DNA of 64,000 nucleotides, taken from assembly GCA_965223665.1 (NCBI GenBank), contig OZ245011.1:1216001-1280000 (forward strand), read 5' to 3'. The stretch is from Nitrospinaceae bacterium. Lineage in GTDB: Bacteria; Nitrospinota; Nitrospinia; Nitrospinales; Nitrospinaceae. The notes beneath the pieces were generated by a model. It ran no database searches. It was not told the origin of the DNA and was given only the letters and a program-made list of their open reading frames with translations. This document shows, in pieces, positions 1 to 10,526 of this stretch; the first letter of the stretch is position 1; each line of letters opens with the position of its first letter. Both the position numbers and the translations under genes were made by a program.

Positions 1-1553
1 TTCTCCTGATGTTTATCGGCTGGGAAGGGGTTGGAGTTTGTTCTTATTTTCTTATTGGTTATTACTTTGAAAAAAAATCTGCATGCGATGCGGGAGTCAA
101 AGCGTTTGTGGTAAACCGCATTGGAGACTTTGCCTTTTTAATAGGTATCTTTTTCATTTTCAGAGAATTTGGAACCATTGATTACACCTCGGTTTTTGCT
201 GAAGCTCCCAGTAAATTAATTTATGGTGGTGAAACAGTCACCCTGATTACTTTAGCTTTATTTATTGGGGCTACCGGTAAATCTGCACAGATCCCCTTAT
301 ACACCTGGCTACCCGATGCAATGGAAGGACCTACTCCTGTAAGTGCACTCATCCATGCGGCAACCATGGTAACCGCAGGCGTTTATATGGTGGTTCGATG
401 TAGTGTGTTATTTAACATGGCTCCTATTACGATGATGATAGTGGCGTTGATAGGTGGAGGAACTGCCTTATTCGCAGCAACTATAGGAACCTGCCAATAC
501 GATATCAAGAGAGTCCTTGCTTACTCCACTGTCAGTCAAATTGGCTATATGTTTTTAGCTTGTGGAGTTGGCGCATATACAGCAGCTATTTTTCACCTGG
601 TAACCCACGCGTTTTTTAAAGCATGCTTATTTTTGGGATCAGGCAGTGTTATTCATGGTATGCACCATGAACAAGACATCCGCAAAATGGGCGGACTAAA
701 AGACCACTTCCCGATTACATATATAACTTTTTTAGTTTCAACAATTGCTATAGCAGGAATCTTTCCTTTTTCAGGGTTCTTTAGTAAAGACGAAATTCTT
801 TATCATGCCCTTATGGACGGCAACGTAATTTATTGGGGAATGGGAGTAACGGGTGCATTCATCACAGCATTTTATATGTTCCGATTGGTGTTTTTAACTT
901 TCCATGGACCATCTAATGTAGATCCACATGTTCACCCGCACGAGTCGCCACCAGTAATGACAATCCCATTAATTATTCTAGCAGGTTTAGCGCTTTTTGG
1001 AGGATTGCTTGGAATTCCTCTAATTCACGGTTGGCATATCCTGCACAATTGGCTGGAACCAGTCCTCCAGTTTGACTGGGCAACCATGTTACATAACTCC
1101 GAGGTAATGCTTGCAGAGCATGGTCACCATACCACTTTTGCAGAAGTCCTTCATGAACATGGGGAACACCATCCTAATATTTGGGTGGAAATTGGCTTAA
1201 TGATTTTTTCAGTCTGTGTGGCATTGGCAGGTATCTTCACAGCATATATCTTCTATATTAAAAAACCTCACCTACCGGAAAAACTTTCCAAAGGTCAGTG
1301 GGGCTTCGATTTAGTTCAACAAAAATACCTGGTTGACGAAATCTACGATGAAACAGTTGTAAAACCTATCATGAAGGGTTCGTATTTATTATGGAAAGAA
1401 GCAGACGCTAAGGGAGTAGATGGCGCTGTTAATGGTGTAGGTCAAGTAATTCGTTGGATAAGTAAACAGGCACAAGCATTCCAATCCGGGTTTGTTCGTA
1501 ATTACGCTATGTTTATGGTGGTGGGTTTTATTTTATTATTGATCATAATTTAA
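1..1553 (+). CDS. nuoL: NADH-quinone oxidoreductase subunit L (5' truncated by window edge)
   Basis: Motifs [51 protein letters not shown]; frame is open to the window start; followed by nuoM/N. Confidence 0.97.
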   Translation, partial: LLMFIGWEGVGVCSYFLIGYYFEKKSACDAGVKAFVVNRIGDFAFLIGIFFIFREFGTIDYTSVFAEAPSKLIYGGETVTLITLALFIGATGKSAQIPLYTWLPDAMEGPTPVSALIHAATMVTAGVYMVVRCSVLFNMAPITMMIVALIGGGTALFAATIGTCQYDIKRVLAYSTVSQIGYMFLACGVGAYTAAIFHLVTHAFFKACLFLGSGSVIHGMHHEQDIRKMGGLKDHFPITYITFLVSTIAIAGIFPFSGFFSKDEILYHALMDGNVIYWGMGVTGAFITAFYMFRLVFLTFHGPSNVDPHVHPHESPPVMTIPLIILAGLALFGGLLGIPLIHGWHILHNWLEPVLQFDWATMLHNSEVMLAEHGHHTTFAEVLHEHGEHHPNIWVEIGLMIFSVCVALAGIFTAYIFYIKKPHLPEKLSKGQWGFDLVQQKYLVDEIYDETVVKPIMKGSYLLWKEADAKGVDGAVNGVGQVIRWISKQAQAFQSGFVRNYAMFMVVGFILLLIII

Positions 1554-1563
1554 CAGGGAAAAG

Positions 1564-3129
1564 ATGTTTTTAACTTTTCTTACATTTTTACCTTTAGTGG
1601 GAGCAGTTGTTCTTGCTTTTATCCCAAGAGAGCATGAAGGTGCTATCAAACAAACTGCTTTAGCAGTTGCAATTGCGGACTTTCTTCTATCTCTGCAATT
1701 GTATGCTGACTTTGATACACACACCCATCTTATGCAATTCGAATTCAGTACTGTCTGGATTCGGGATTGGGGAATTAATTACCACGTAGGTATCGATGGA
1801 ATTTCCCTACTTCTATACATAATGACCACTTTCTTGACGGCCGTGTCGATTCTTGCCTCCTGGGAAGTAAAGAAATATGTAAAAGAATACATGATGGCCA
1901 TGCTGGCACTATCCACTGGCATGTTAGGGGTATTTATTTCCCTTGATCTTTTCATGTTTTATGTGTTTTGGGAATTACAGCTTGTTCCTATGTACATCAT
2001 TATTGGTGTTTGGGGCGGCCCCAGAAGAATTTACGCTGCGGTGAAGTTCTTTTTATATACCGCTGTTGGTTCTTTGCTTATGTTGGTGGCCATTATTTGG
2101 ATTTATTTCCATTTCCACGAAACAGTGGGTGTCTACACGACCGATTTAATGCTGATCACTAAACATTTAAATATTGATTTAGTATCGCAACAATGGTTGT
2201 TCCTGGCGTTTTTTCTAGCGTTTGCTATTAAAGTTCCCATGTTCCCATTTCACACCTGGCTTCCAGACGCACACGTAGAAGCACCTACAGCGGGTAGTGT
2301 AATATTAGCGGGTGTACTTTTGAAAATGGGAACCTACGGTTTTCTAAGGTTTAATTTACCCTTATTCCCTTTAGCAAGTCAGGAATTTTTACCAATGATT
2401 GGTATACTTTCAATCATTGGTATTATTTACGGAGCTTTAGTGGCTATGGTCCAGGAAGACATGAAAAAATTAGTTGCTTATTCCAGTGTAAGTCATCTTG
2501 GATTTGTTATGCTCGGAATTTTTGCTTTCAATCATTACGGTCTTCAAGGAGCTTTGTTACAAAATTTAAATCACGGAATCAGTACCGGGGCTCTCTTTCT
2601 AATGGTAGGAATGATTTATGATCGAAGACACACTCGACTTATTTCCGAGTTTGGAGGCCTGGCTAAGGTCATTCCCAAGTTTACAATTTGTTTTATGATT
2701 GTAACGCTTTCTTCTATAGGCCTACCCGGAACCAATGGTTTCGTCGGTGAATTTTTGGTGCTTTTGGGAATGTTCCAAACAGATTTAACCTTCGCTATTT
2801 TTGCAACCTCCGGAGTTATATTTGCTGCTTGTTATATGCTTTGGATGTTTCAACGCGTGATGTTTTTAGAATGTAAAAATCCTAAAAATTTAAAATTAAC
2901 GGATATGAATTTACGTGAAATGATCACCATAATCCCGTTGATTATTTTTATATTTTGGATTGGATTCTATCCAAAGCCTTTTACAAAAACATTTGATGCT
3001 TCCATTGAGCACTTAATTACTCAGGTAGAACCAAAAAATAAAAAGAAATCGGGGCACGAGCATGCCTCTAATGATAACAAAGTTAAAATTGCTGAAGCTC
3101 AACTAAAAGAAAGTCATAAATTAAATTAA
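1564..3129 (+). CDS. nuoM: NADH-quinone oxidoreductase subunit M
   Basis: [40 protein letters not shown] motifs; position in operon. Confidence 0.97.
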   Translation: MFLTFLTFLPLVGAVVLAFIPREHEGAIKQTALAVAIADFLLSLQLYADFDTHTHLMQFEFSTVWIRDWGINYHVGIDGISLLLYIMTTFLTAVSILASWEVKKYVKEYMMAMLALSTGMLGVFISLDLFMFYVFWELQLVPMYIIIGVWGGPRRIYAAVKFFLYTAVGSLLMLVAIIWIYFHFHETVGVYTTDLMLITKHLNIDLVSQQWLFLAFFLAFAIKVPMFPFHTWLPDAHVEAPTAGSVILAGVLLKMGTYGFLRFNLPLFPLASQEFLPMIGILSIIGIIYGALVAMVQEDMKKLVAYSSVSHLGFVMLGIFAFNHYGLQGALLQNLNHGISTGALFLMVGMIYDRRHTRLISEFGGLAKVIPKFTICFMIVTLSSIGLPGTNGFVGEFLVLLGMFQTDLTFAIFATSGVIFAACYMLWMFQRVMFLECKNPKNLKLTDMNLREMITIIPLIIFIFWIGFYPKPFTKTFDASIEHLITQVEPKNKKKSGHEHASNDNKVKIAEAQLKESHKLN

Positions 3130-3139
3130 TGAGGTTTTT

Positions 3140-4576
3140 GTGGATTTAATTCCTGCACCAGAAGTCGATTTAATAAGCTTAGCACCTGTTATAGTGCTAA
3201 GTGTTTTTTCCATGTTGATATTGATATTTGATTTATTTACGGGAAAAAACAAATCGGGTTTGGTCATCGTCAGTCTAACCGGACTATTGGTAGCAGCAGT
3301 GAGTGCCTTTGCGAAAGCTCCGGATATCCCAGTCTATTCTTTTAACCAAAGTTATGTGGTTGATCATTTGTCTTTATTCTTTACGATGATTTTTTGTATT
3401 AGCTCTGGGCTGGCCATCCTCATTTCAGTAGATTACAACAAACGTGAAAATATTCGGGTGGGTGAATATTATGCCCTGATTTTATTCTGTACCGTTGGCA
3501 TGATTGTCTTAGCATCGTCTACTGACCTCATCATGATTTTCCTAGGGATCGAGATTGTTTCCATCTGCCTTTACGTGTTGGCTGGGATTCGAAGAAGAGA
3601 CACTAAGTCAAACGAAGCTTCTTTAAAATATTTCCTCTTAGGAGCCTTTGCGACAGGTTTTTTACTCTATGGGATGACTCTGGTTTATGGAACCATTGGC
3701 ACCACCAAACTGAATAAAATTGCTTCTTTGCTGAATAGCGGAGAAGTCTTTGCTCAACCTTTATTAATGGCAGGAGTAATTCTTCTGGTAATTGGATTTG
3801 GGTTTAAGGTAGCTTCAGTTCCGTTTCATATGTGGGCACCTGATGTTTACCAGGGAGCTCCCACTCCAGTTACTGCATTTATGGCCGTTGGCCCGAAGGC
3901 CGCTTCAATTGCTGCTTTTTACAGGGTCTTTGCAGAGGGCATTCCTGAGCTTGCCTCTTCCTGGAACTTAATTTTAACCATTGTCGCGATAATCACTATG
4001 TTTGTTGGAAATCTGGGCGCCATAATGCAAACCAACATCAAACGATTATTGGCTTACTCAAGTATTTCTCATGTGGGATATATTCTAATTGCTGTCATTG
4101 CCAAGAATTCCATGGGTAGTGCCAGCATACTTTTCTATATGCTATCTTATGCATTTATGACATTCGGTGTTTTCGGAATTGTAATTTTGGTAGGAAAACA
4201 GGGAAATGAAAATCTCGAATTGGAGAACTATTCCGGACTTGGTTTTAAGCATCCTCTCTTAGCCCTCTCTATGACAATTTTTCTTTTGTCTTTAGGAGGA
4301 CTCCCTCCACTTGCTGGTTTTGTAGCTAAGTTTTATATTTTTCAGGCCGCATTAAATGAAGGTTTGGTATTCCTTGTTGTGGTTGCAGTATTAAATAGTG
4401 CCATTTCTTTTTACTACTACTTAAAGGTAATTGTTTTTATGTATATGAAAGAACCTCAACAAGAAATTCAATTATCATTAACTCCAGTAACTATTCTAGT
4501 TATAGTAATTGGTGTTATTGGAACCATTGAACTTGGTGTCTTCCCAGGACCCATAATTTCATTGGCAGGCCATTAA
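3140..4576 (+). CDS. nuoN: NADH-quinone oxidoreductase subunit N
   Basis: EASLKYFLLG, FKVASVPFHMWAPDVYQGAPTP, KRLLAYSSI motifs; GTG start after GAGG. Confidence 0.97.
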   Translation: MDLIPAPEVDLISLAPVIVLSVFSMLILIFDLFTGKNKSGLVIVSLTGLLVAAVSAFAKAPDIPVYSFNQSYVVDHLSLFFTMIFCISSGLAILISVDYNKRENIRVGEYYALILFCTVGMIVLASSTDLIMIFLGIEIVSICLYVLAGIRRRDTKSNEASLKYFLLGAFATGFLLYGMTLVYGTIGTTKLNKIASLLNSGEVFAQPLLMAGVILLVIGFGFKVASVPFHMWAPDVYQGAPTPVTAFMAVGPKAASIAAFYRVFAEGIPELASSWNLILTIVAIITMFVGNLGAIMQTNIKRLLAYSSISHVGYILIAVIAKNSMGSASILFYMLSYAFMTFGVFGIVILVGKQGNENLELENYSGLGFKHPLLALSMTIFLLSLGGLPPLAGFVAKFYIFQAALNEGLVFLVVVAVLNSAISFYYYLKVIVFMYMKEPQQEIQLSLTPVTILVIVIGVIGTIELGVFPGPIISLAGH

Positions 4577-4625
4577 ATAACCAACTGTATCCCATTCTGT
4601 AATCTCTACATAAAGTTGAGGAATA

Positions 4626-4654
4626 TTGATTCCTAAACCATTTCTTCTTATAAT
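4626..4654 (+). promoter_or_regulatory. Putative sigma70 promoter
   Basis: TTGATT-17 nt-TATAAT upstream of the 4699 ORF. Confidence 0.55.
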
Positions 4655-4698
4655 GCATCTTCAGAATCCAATTAAGGCATATTTGTGAGGTTATTTTT

Positions 4699-5010
4699 AT
4701 GAAAATGCACCATATATCTCAAGAGCAGGTTGAATCTATTATGAAAAAGATTCAGGAAATAGTTGATACGGGAAATTATCCTCCAGAAACTATGGAAGAA
4801 ATTTTCAATCTTTCAGGGGTTGATGGGGCGAAATTTTTGGAATGCAAAAACCACCCTGCTCAAACAGATCAAGTTAATTTTGAATTAGATCCTAAACAAG
4901 GAATTCGCTTTTTTGATCCTTTTAATTTTTTCACAAACGGAATATATAAAACCATTGATGGATGGTCTGTGTGGACGGTTGACAATTTAAAAGAGCCCTG
5001 GAGTTATTGA
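4699..5010 (+). CDS. Hypothetical protein (103 aa)
   Basis: ORF with GAGG RBS and a promoter-like element; no recognisable motif. Confidence 0.7.
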   Translation: MKMHHISQEQVESIMKKIQEIVDTGNYPPETMEEIFNLSGVDGAKFLECKNHPAQTDQVNFELDPKQGIRFFDPFNFFTNGIYKTIDGWSVWTVDNLKEPWSY

Positions 5011-5025
5011 TACTCCTAGGGCTCT
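4992..5025. terminator. Hairpin between convergent genes, possible terminator
   Basis: AGAGCCCT-GGAG...CTCC-T-AGGGCTCT stem; weak T tail. Confidence 0.4.
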
Positions 5026-5060
5026 ATTTCACACGGGAAAAACTTAAAAATCTATAATAC

Positions 5061-5444
5061 CTATGCTTTTTTCTGTGCCTGATCCTCTTGATCTTTTGTA
5101 AAGTCGTAACTACCTTTTCTAGGAAGAGTAGCGGTAAAGGCTTCGGCTTGCTCCCTCATGGCTTTATCTTTTGCTTCACCATCGGCTTGGGCTTTTTCCC
5201 TGGCCAACCGTTCCTTTTCCTCATCACTTAAATTTTCCTGCTCTAATTCACCAGCAGGTTGATTTTCTCCTTCGGCAACTGCCTCAGCGTTTTCCCCGGC
5301 TTCTTCCGCTTCTTTCATAGATGATTTGAAATTCTTAATACTTTGACCAAATGCAGAGCCTATTTGAGGCAATTTTCCTGCACCAAATATAATCATTATG
5401 ATGACCAATATGATCATCAATTCTGGAAAACCAATTCCCATCAT
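5061..5444 (-). CDS. tatA: Twin-arginine translocase TatA/TatE subunit with long acidic tail
   Basis: MMGIGFPELMIILVIIMIIFGAGKLPQIGSAFGQSIKNFK; GGGAGGA RBS. Confidence 0.93.
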   Translation of the reverse strand: MMGIGFPELMIILVIIMIIFGAGKLPQIGSAFGQSIKNFKSSMKEAEEAGENAEAVAEGENQPAGELEQENLSDEEKERLAREKAQADGEAKDKAMREQAEAFTATLPRKGSYDFTKDQEDQAQKKA

Positions 5445-5770
5445 TGTCGGTGTCCTCCCGTGTAAAAATCTGACCTTAGCAAAATTACCAAGGTAAACTC
5501 CAATGGATTTAATATCTTAGGTGGGCACAGTGTAGCCTTTTTTTAAAGGTAAATACAAGAAGAATTCACAAATTTTTTATATTTTTAAAAATATTTTTTT
5601 CTATCCATGTCTTTTTTAAAATTCGCTAGAATCCTAAACTAGTAATTATTTTTCAATAAGTTATATCTCTCTATCCATATGAAAAACTCTTTCCCTTTAA
5701 TATTAAAAATGCTATGGTTTAACCGATAATTTAGATTTTTGCTCTTTTTTCTTAAAAGGCTGACTTTTTT

Positions 5771-6706
5771 ATGAGTTCCATCCAATTAGCAGGCATTATT
5801 TTCGGAGGTATCCTTTTACTTGGTGCCTTTTTCGCCAGAATAAATGCCGCTACACGAGTTACCGCTATTGTTTTTGGATCCTTAATAGCGCTGGTTTCAC
5901 TGATTGGGCCTGAAAAAATTGCTTCCATAAAAGCGGGTGACGGAAGTATTGAATTAGCGACATATTCTGAAAATGATTTAAAAAATATTGAGTTAGCTTC
6001 TTTAGACCTAACCAATTCAACTGACAGTTCTCCACCCATAAAAGAAAATGAGCAGTTGGATAAGTTAATTAATAAAGCAAAAACCCGGTCCGATTCGAAA
6101 ATCAAATCCACTCCAGAGGATTTCCTACTATTGGCAACTGAAAAAGCTAAAAAGAACCAGATTGATCAAGCAATCAACTTAACTGAAAAAGGGCTCGCAC
6201 TAAAACCCCAAAATGCCCGAGTAAAAAAGACCTTGTTGAATAATTTAGGTGTTCTGTATACAAAAAAAAATAAACCACAAAACGCAGAAACTCAATTTCA
6301 AAAAGCTTTAGATTTAGACAAAAAAAATTCACGTGTCTTAAAAAACTTAGGGACGCTTCATCTTAAAACTCAGCAATTTGACAAAGCAGAAAAAGAGTTG
6401 AAGCAGGTAATTAAGCTAGACCCCAAAAAAGTTTCTACAAGAAAATCATTAGCAGAAGTTTATATTGCTAAAAAAGATTTTACGAAAGCTGAGACGCAAC
6501 TCAAAACTGTTGTCAAACAAGATCCAAATAATATTGAGGCACATTTAAAGTTAGGTGGGATCTACAAAAAACAGAACAATGTGGAAAAAGCTAAAACAGA
6601 ATACAAAAAAGTATTGGAAATTGACCCAAAACAAACTCAAGCATTAAAAAGCTTAAAAGTATTAAAAGCACCCCTTCAAAACTCTCTTAATTTCACCACA
6701 AGATAA
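5771..6706 (+). CDS. Membrane-anchored TPR protein
   Basis: Two N-terminal hydrophobic helices followed by 34-aa TPR repeats (NNLGVLY...ALDLD). Confidence 0.88.
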   Translation: MSSIQLAGIIFGGILLLGAFFARINAATRVTAIVFGSLIALVSLIGPEKIASIKAGDGSIELATYSENDLKNIELASLDLTNSTDSSPPIKENEQLDKLINKAKTRSDSKIKSTPEDFLLLATEKAKKNQIDQAINLTEKGLALKPQNARVKKTLLNNLGVLYTKKNKPQNAETQFQKALDLDKKNSRVLKNLGTLHLKTQQFDKAEKELKQVIKLDPKKVSTRKSLAEVYIAKKDFTKAETQLKTVVKQDPNNIEAHLKLGGIYKKQNNVEKAKTEYKKVLEIDPKQTQALKSLKVLKAPLQNSLNFTTR

Positions 6707-6942
6707 TCCTTCAAAAAACTATTCTTTTTAGGGACTTTTTTTATTTTGGATTCCTTCAAATCTTTTTAAAAACCACTAATTCAAAGAATTACAATTTTTT
6801 ATTTTTCCAAACAAAAAATATGATAAGGTGACAAATATTCCTTCACTAAAGGAGAGTTTTATTTTCCTTACATGATAGCAGATTTTCTTTTCTTAATATT
6901 CGCTTTGGTTATTTCGTATTATCTTCAACGGATTTCTTCAGC

Positions 6943-9678
6943 ATGAAGATTTTTAAACATTTTATTTTATTATCATCACTCATTTCAACCGGGTTGGTTT
7001 TAACCAACACTGGCTTCCCCCCTCAATCAAACCACAAGCAAATATCGAATCAAAATCAAATTTCTCGTCTTATTTTTTCACAAAATTTCATAATTGACAC
7101 AAACTCAAATTTTCGCATCAATAAAATTGATATAACCATACCGGATGTTGAAACAAAAGGCTCCAATTCTATCATTCAAAAACAGGAGGAGGAGTTTTTT
7201 GAACCTATTGAAGAAGTTACTGAAGACAAAATACTCTACCCTGAGGACTACCTTAACTCCGCTACACAGGCCTACATAGAACGAGATTGGGAAAAGACGA
7301 TTAAAGATGGAGTTGAAGGCTTAAAAATGAAGCCAAGGAACAGGGTGATTAAAGTTCGATTATTGAATTTAGTGGGAGTAGCTTTTAGCGAAAAAAAGGA
7401 TTTAGATTCGGCATTTAATTATTACAAACAAGCACTTATTGTCCATGAGGGATTTCCTCTCACCTACTACAATATCGGGAAACTTTTCCATGAACAAAAA
7501 TATTATGAAAAAGCAAAAATTGCTTATGAAAAATCACTTAGCCTTGACCCCAACTTTATTTATCCATTAAATGGATTGGGGAATCTATACCTTGAACAAG
7601 GAAAATTTTTAGAAGCAGAAGCCGCTTATAAGAACACAATTGAAATCAATCCCAAGTTTGCATACTCCTACAATGGCCTGGGAAATTTATATACGAAAAA
7701 GAAACATTTTGAAAAAGCAGAAGAATTTTATATAAAAGCCATAGAACTTGACCCTAAAAACCCGAACCCTATAAATGGTTTAGGAAATCTTTATGTAGAG
7801 CAAAAAAAATATGATGAAGCTGAGAAAACATACCAAAGGGCTATTGAATTAAACCCGAATTTTGTTCCTGCCTTATTTAATCTAGGTTTTCTTTACAAAG
7901 GAAAAAATCAATTTGAAGATGCTGAAAACTCATATTTAAAAGTTCTAGAATTTAAACCCCAATTTGCTCCTGCCCATTATCAATTAGCTAGACTTTACCA
8001 CCAAAAAAAGAACTTTCCTAAAAGTGAGCAATCCTACCTTAAAGCATTGGAATTAACCCCAAATGACTTTGCTACAGTTCAGGGACTTGCTAATCTTTAT
8101 ATGGAAAATTCAAATTTTGAAAAAGCAGAAACACATTTCAAAAAAGTCTTGGAGTTAAACTCTAAGTCAACCTCCGCTTTTTTTAATTTAGGAAAAATTT
8201 TTCAAAATAAAAATGATATTAAAAAAGCCGAAATTGCTTATTTAAAAACCGTAGAGTTAAATCCTAAACATATCGATGCTTTTTTCAGACTTGGAACCCT
8301 ATATAAGATCAACAAAGAATATCCAAATGCAATATCCGCATTTCAAAAGGTGGTTCAATTAGATCCAAGTTACATTGAGGCCTTCAATCAAATGGGATAC
8401 ATTTTTTTGGAGGTAAAGGAGCCGGTTAAAGCAGAAAGCGCTTTTCTTCAAGTCATAAGCTTGGACCCAAAATTTACTTCTGCCCATATGAACTTGGGTG
8501 ACATTTATAAAAATCATAAACAGTTTAAAAAAGCAGAATCTACTTACAAAAAAGTTATAGATTTGGACCCTTCTTCCGTTAAAGCTTATTACAGTCTTGG
8601 AAAGGTATATGCTGACCAAAATGAGGGAATTAAAGCTGAAATGGCTTTTCAAAAGGCTATTGACTTGAGCCCAAACTTTGCTTTACCTCACCTTCATCTA
8701 GGGGATTTATATTCAGATCAAAACCAAGTAGCGCGAGCAGAAGCTTCTTACGCAAAAGCTATTCACTTAAACCCGAACTTGGTACATGGTCATTTTAGTC
8801 TTGGAAAGATTTACGCGAATCAGAACGATTTACCAAAGGCTCTATCAGCATTTGAGAAAACTCTTGCCCTTAGCCCAAGCTTTGCATCTGTCTATGTAGA
8901 GCTTGGAAAAATTTATCAGAAACAAAATGATTTAAATAAGGCAGAAACAAGCTTTGCAAAAGCAATTTCACTTGACAGTAAAAATACTGAAGCTCATTTT
9001 AATTCAGGGAAAATTTATTGGCAAAAAAAAGACTACAAAAAAGCTCAACGGTCACTTGAGAGAACTCTAACCTTAGATCCAAAGCATGTTGAGGCCTATT
9101 CGAGTTTAGGAGCCTTGCACTTTAGTCAGGAAAATTTCCTTCAAGCTGAACTGGCTTATCTAAATGCAACTGAATTAGACCCAACCAACTCAAACGCATT
9201 TTTTAATTTGGGCGAAATTTACCGAAAGCTAAATAATAGTTCTACTGCTGAAACAGCTTACAAAAAAACCATTTCATTAGATCCAAATAACGTCGAGGCC
9301 TACTATAATCTAGGAAACCTTTATATTTCAAAGAAAGAGTTTGAGCAAGCAGAAAAAGTTTATATAAAAGCTATAGACCTAAACCCAAACTTTGTGAAAG
9401 CTCATAACAATTTAGGATATCTATATTTAGTTCAAAATAATTTTAGCGCAGCAGAAAAGCAATTTCGCGCAGCCTTAGAAATTCATCCGGATGATCCAAA
9501 TTTGATGGATAGCTTAGGAGATTTATTTATGAAACAAAAGAAATGGAAAGATGCTGAGAAAAGCTTCTCCAAAGCTTTGGAAATCAATCCCGAACTACCC
9601 GGAACTTTAGAAAAGCTTCAACATGTTCAAAAGGTACAAAACAAAATAGAAAATCAACAAGCCAAACACTCTTCCTAG
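6943..9678 (+). CDS. Large exported TPR protein (about 23 repeats)
   Basis: Signal-like N-terminus; continuous 34-aa NLGxLY...A...Y.KAI.L.P repeats to the C-terminus. Confidence 0.92.
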   Translation: MKIFKHFILLSSLISTGLVLTNTGFPPQSNHKQISNQNQISRLIFSQNFIIDTNSNFRINKIDITIPDVETKGSNSIIQKQEEEFFEPIEEVTEDKILYPEDYLNSATQAYIERDWEKTIKDGVEGLKMKPRNRVIKVRLLNLVGVAFSEKKDLDSAFNYYKQALIVHEGFPLTYYNIGKLFHEQKYYEKAKIAYEKSLSLDPNFIYPLNGLGNLYLEQGKFLEAEAAYKNTIEINPKFAYSYNGLGNLYTKKKHFEKAEEFYIKAIELDPKNPNPINGLGNLYVEQKKYDEAEKTYQRAIELNPNFVPALFNLGFLYKGKNQFEDAENSYLKVLEFKPQFAPAHYQLARLYHQKKNFPKSEQSYLKALELTPNDFATVQGLANLYMENSNFEKAETHFKKVLELNSKSTSAFFNLGKIFQNKNDIKKAEIAYLKTVELNPKHIDAFFRLGTLYKINKEYPNAISAFQKVVQLDPSYIEAFNQMGYIFLEVKEPVKAESAFLQVISLDPKFTSAHMNLGDIYKNHKQFKKAESTYKKVIDLDPSSVKAYYSLGKVYADQNEGIKAEMAFQKAIDLSPNFALPHLHLGDLYSDQNQVARAEASYAKAIHLNPNLVHGHFSLGKIYANQNDLPKALSAFEKTLALSPSFASVYVELGKIYQKQNDLNKAETSFAKAISLDSKNTEAHFNSGKIYWQKKDYKKAQRSLERTLTLDPKHVEAYSSLGALHFSQENFLQAELAYLNATELDPTNSNAFFNLGEIYRKLNNSSTAETAYKKTISLDPNNVEAYYNLGNLYISKKEFEQAEKVYIKAIDLNPNFVKAHNNLGYLYLVQNNFSAAEKQFRAALEIHPDDPNLMDSLGDLFMKQKKWKDAEKSFSKALEINPELPGTLEKLQHVQKVQNKIENQQAKHSS

Positions 9679-9696
9679 GTTTCAATAACAAGACAC

Positions 9697-10344
9697 TTAT
9701 GCCTCTCTTAAAGCTTGAATGGCTTTTTTATAATCATCACTTTCAAAAATTGCGGAACCGGCGACTATAACATTTGCACCCGCTTTTTTGACTATTGCAG
9801 CATTCTCAGGTTTTACTCCTCCATCGACCTGCAAATCCATTTCAACACCAGATTCCTCTAACGTGTTTCTAAGCAATTGAATTTTTCCAAGAACTTGCTG
9901 AATAAAAGTCTGCCCTCCAAATCCGGGATTTACTGACATCAGCAAAATCATATCTACATCTTCTATTATTTCATCCAAACAAAAAATAGTCGTTCCGGGG
10001 TTTAAAACGACTCCCGCTTTTTTTCCAGCATTTTTTATTTGTTGAATAGTCCGGTGCAAATGCGGACACGCCTCAACATGCACTGAAATAATGTCTGCGC
10101 CAGCCTTAGCAAAATCATTTATATACTTGTCTGCATCTTCTATCATTAAATGGACATCCAAAGGAAGTTTGGTAATAGGTCGAATAGCTTCAACTACCAA
10201 AGGACCTACAGTTATATTGGGAACAAATTTACCATCCATCACATCCACATGAATCCAATCTGCTCCTGCTTCCTCAACCGCCTTGATTTCTTCGCCTAAT
10301 TTACTAAAATCGGCTGACAAAATAGATGGTGCAATCTTTACCAT
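9697..10344 (-). CDS. rpe: Ribulose-phosphate 3-epimerase
   Basis: [31 protein letters not shown]. Confidence 0.98.
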   Translation of the reverse strand: MVKIAPSILSADFSKLGEEIKAVEEAGADWIHVDVMDGKFVPNITVGPLVVEAIRPITKLPLDVHLMIEDADKYINDFAKAGADIISVHVEACPHLHRTIQQIKNAGKKAGVVLNPGTTIFCLDEIIEDVDMILLMSVNPGFGGQTFIQQVLGKIQLLRNTLEESGVEMDLQVDGGVKPENAAIVKKAGANVIVAGSAIFESDDYKKAIQALREA

Positions 10345-10526
10345 TTAAGCCTCTCAAATTAGTCAATTCATTTTTTCTAAAAAACTGGTTGAGAATAACA
10401 CAACCTATAGATACGAGCAATAACTTGAATATCCAGCTAATTACACCAAATATTTATGGGGAGTTTACTAGTCAAGAAGCAAGCCAGAACTTATAATGTG
10501 AATTAGAAAACATTAATGGACACTCC

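Noticed and set aside
4992-5025. Selenocysteine recoding (TGA with hairpin)
   Set aside because: The TGA is in the loop, not 5' of the stem, and readthrough would run into convergent tatA
5031-5463. 8-bp inverted repeats (ACACGGGA/TCCCGTGT) flanking tatA as mobile-element ends
   Set aside because: Too short, no target duplication or transposase; one copy overlaps the tatA RBS
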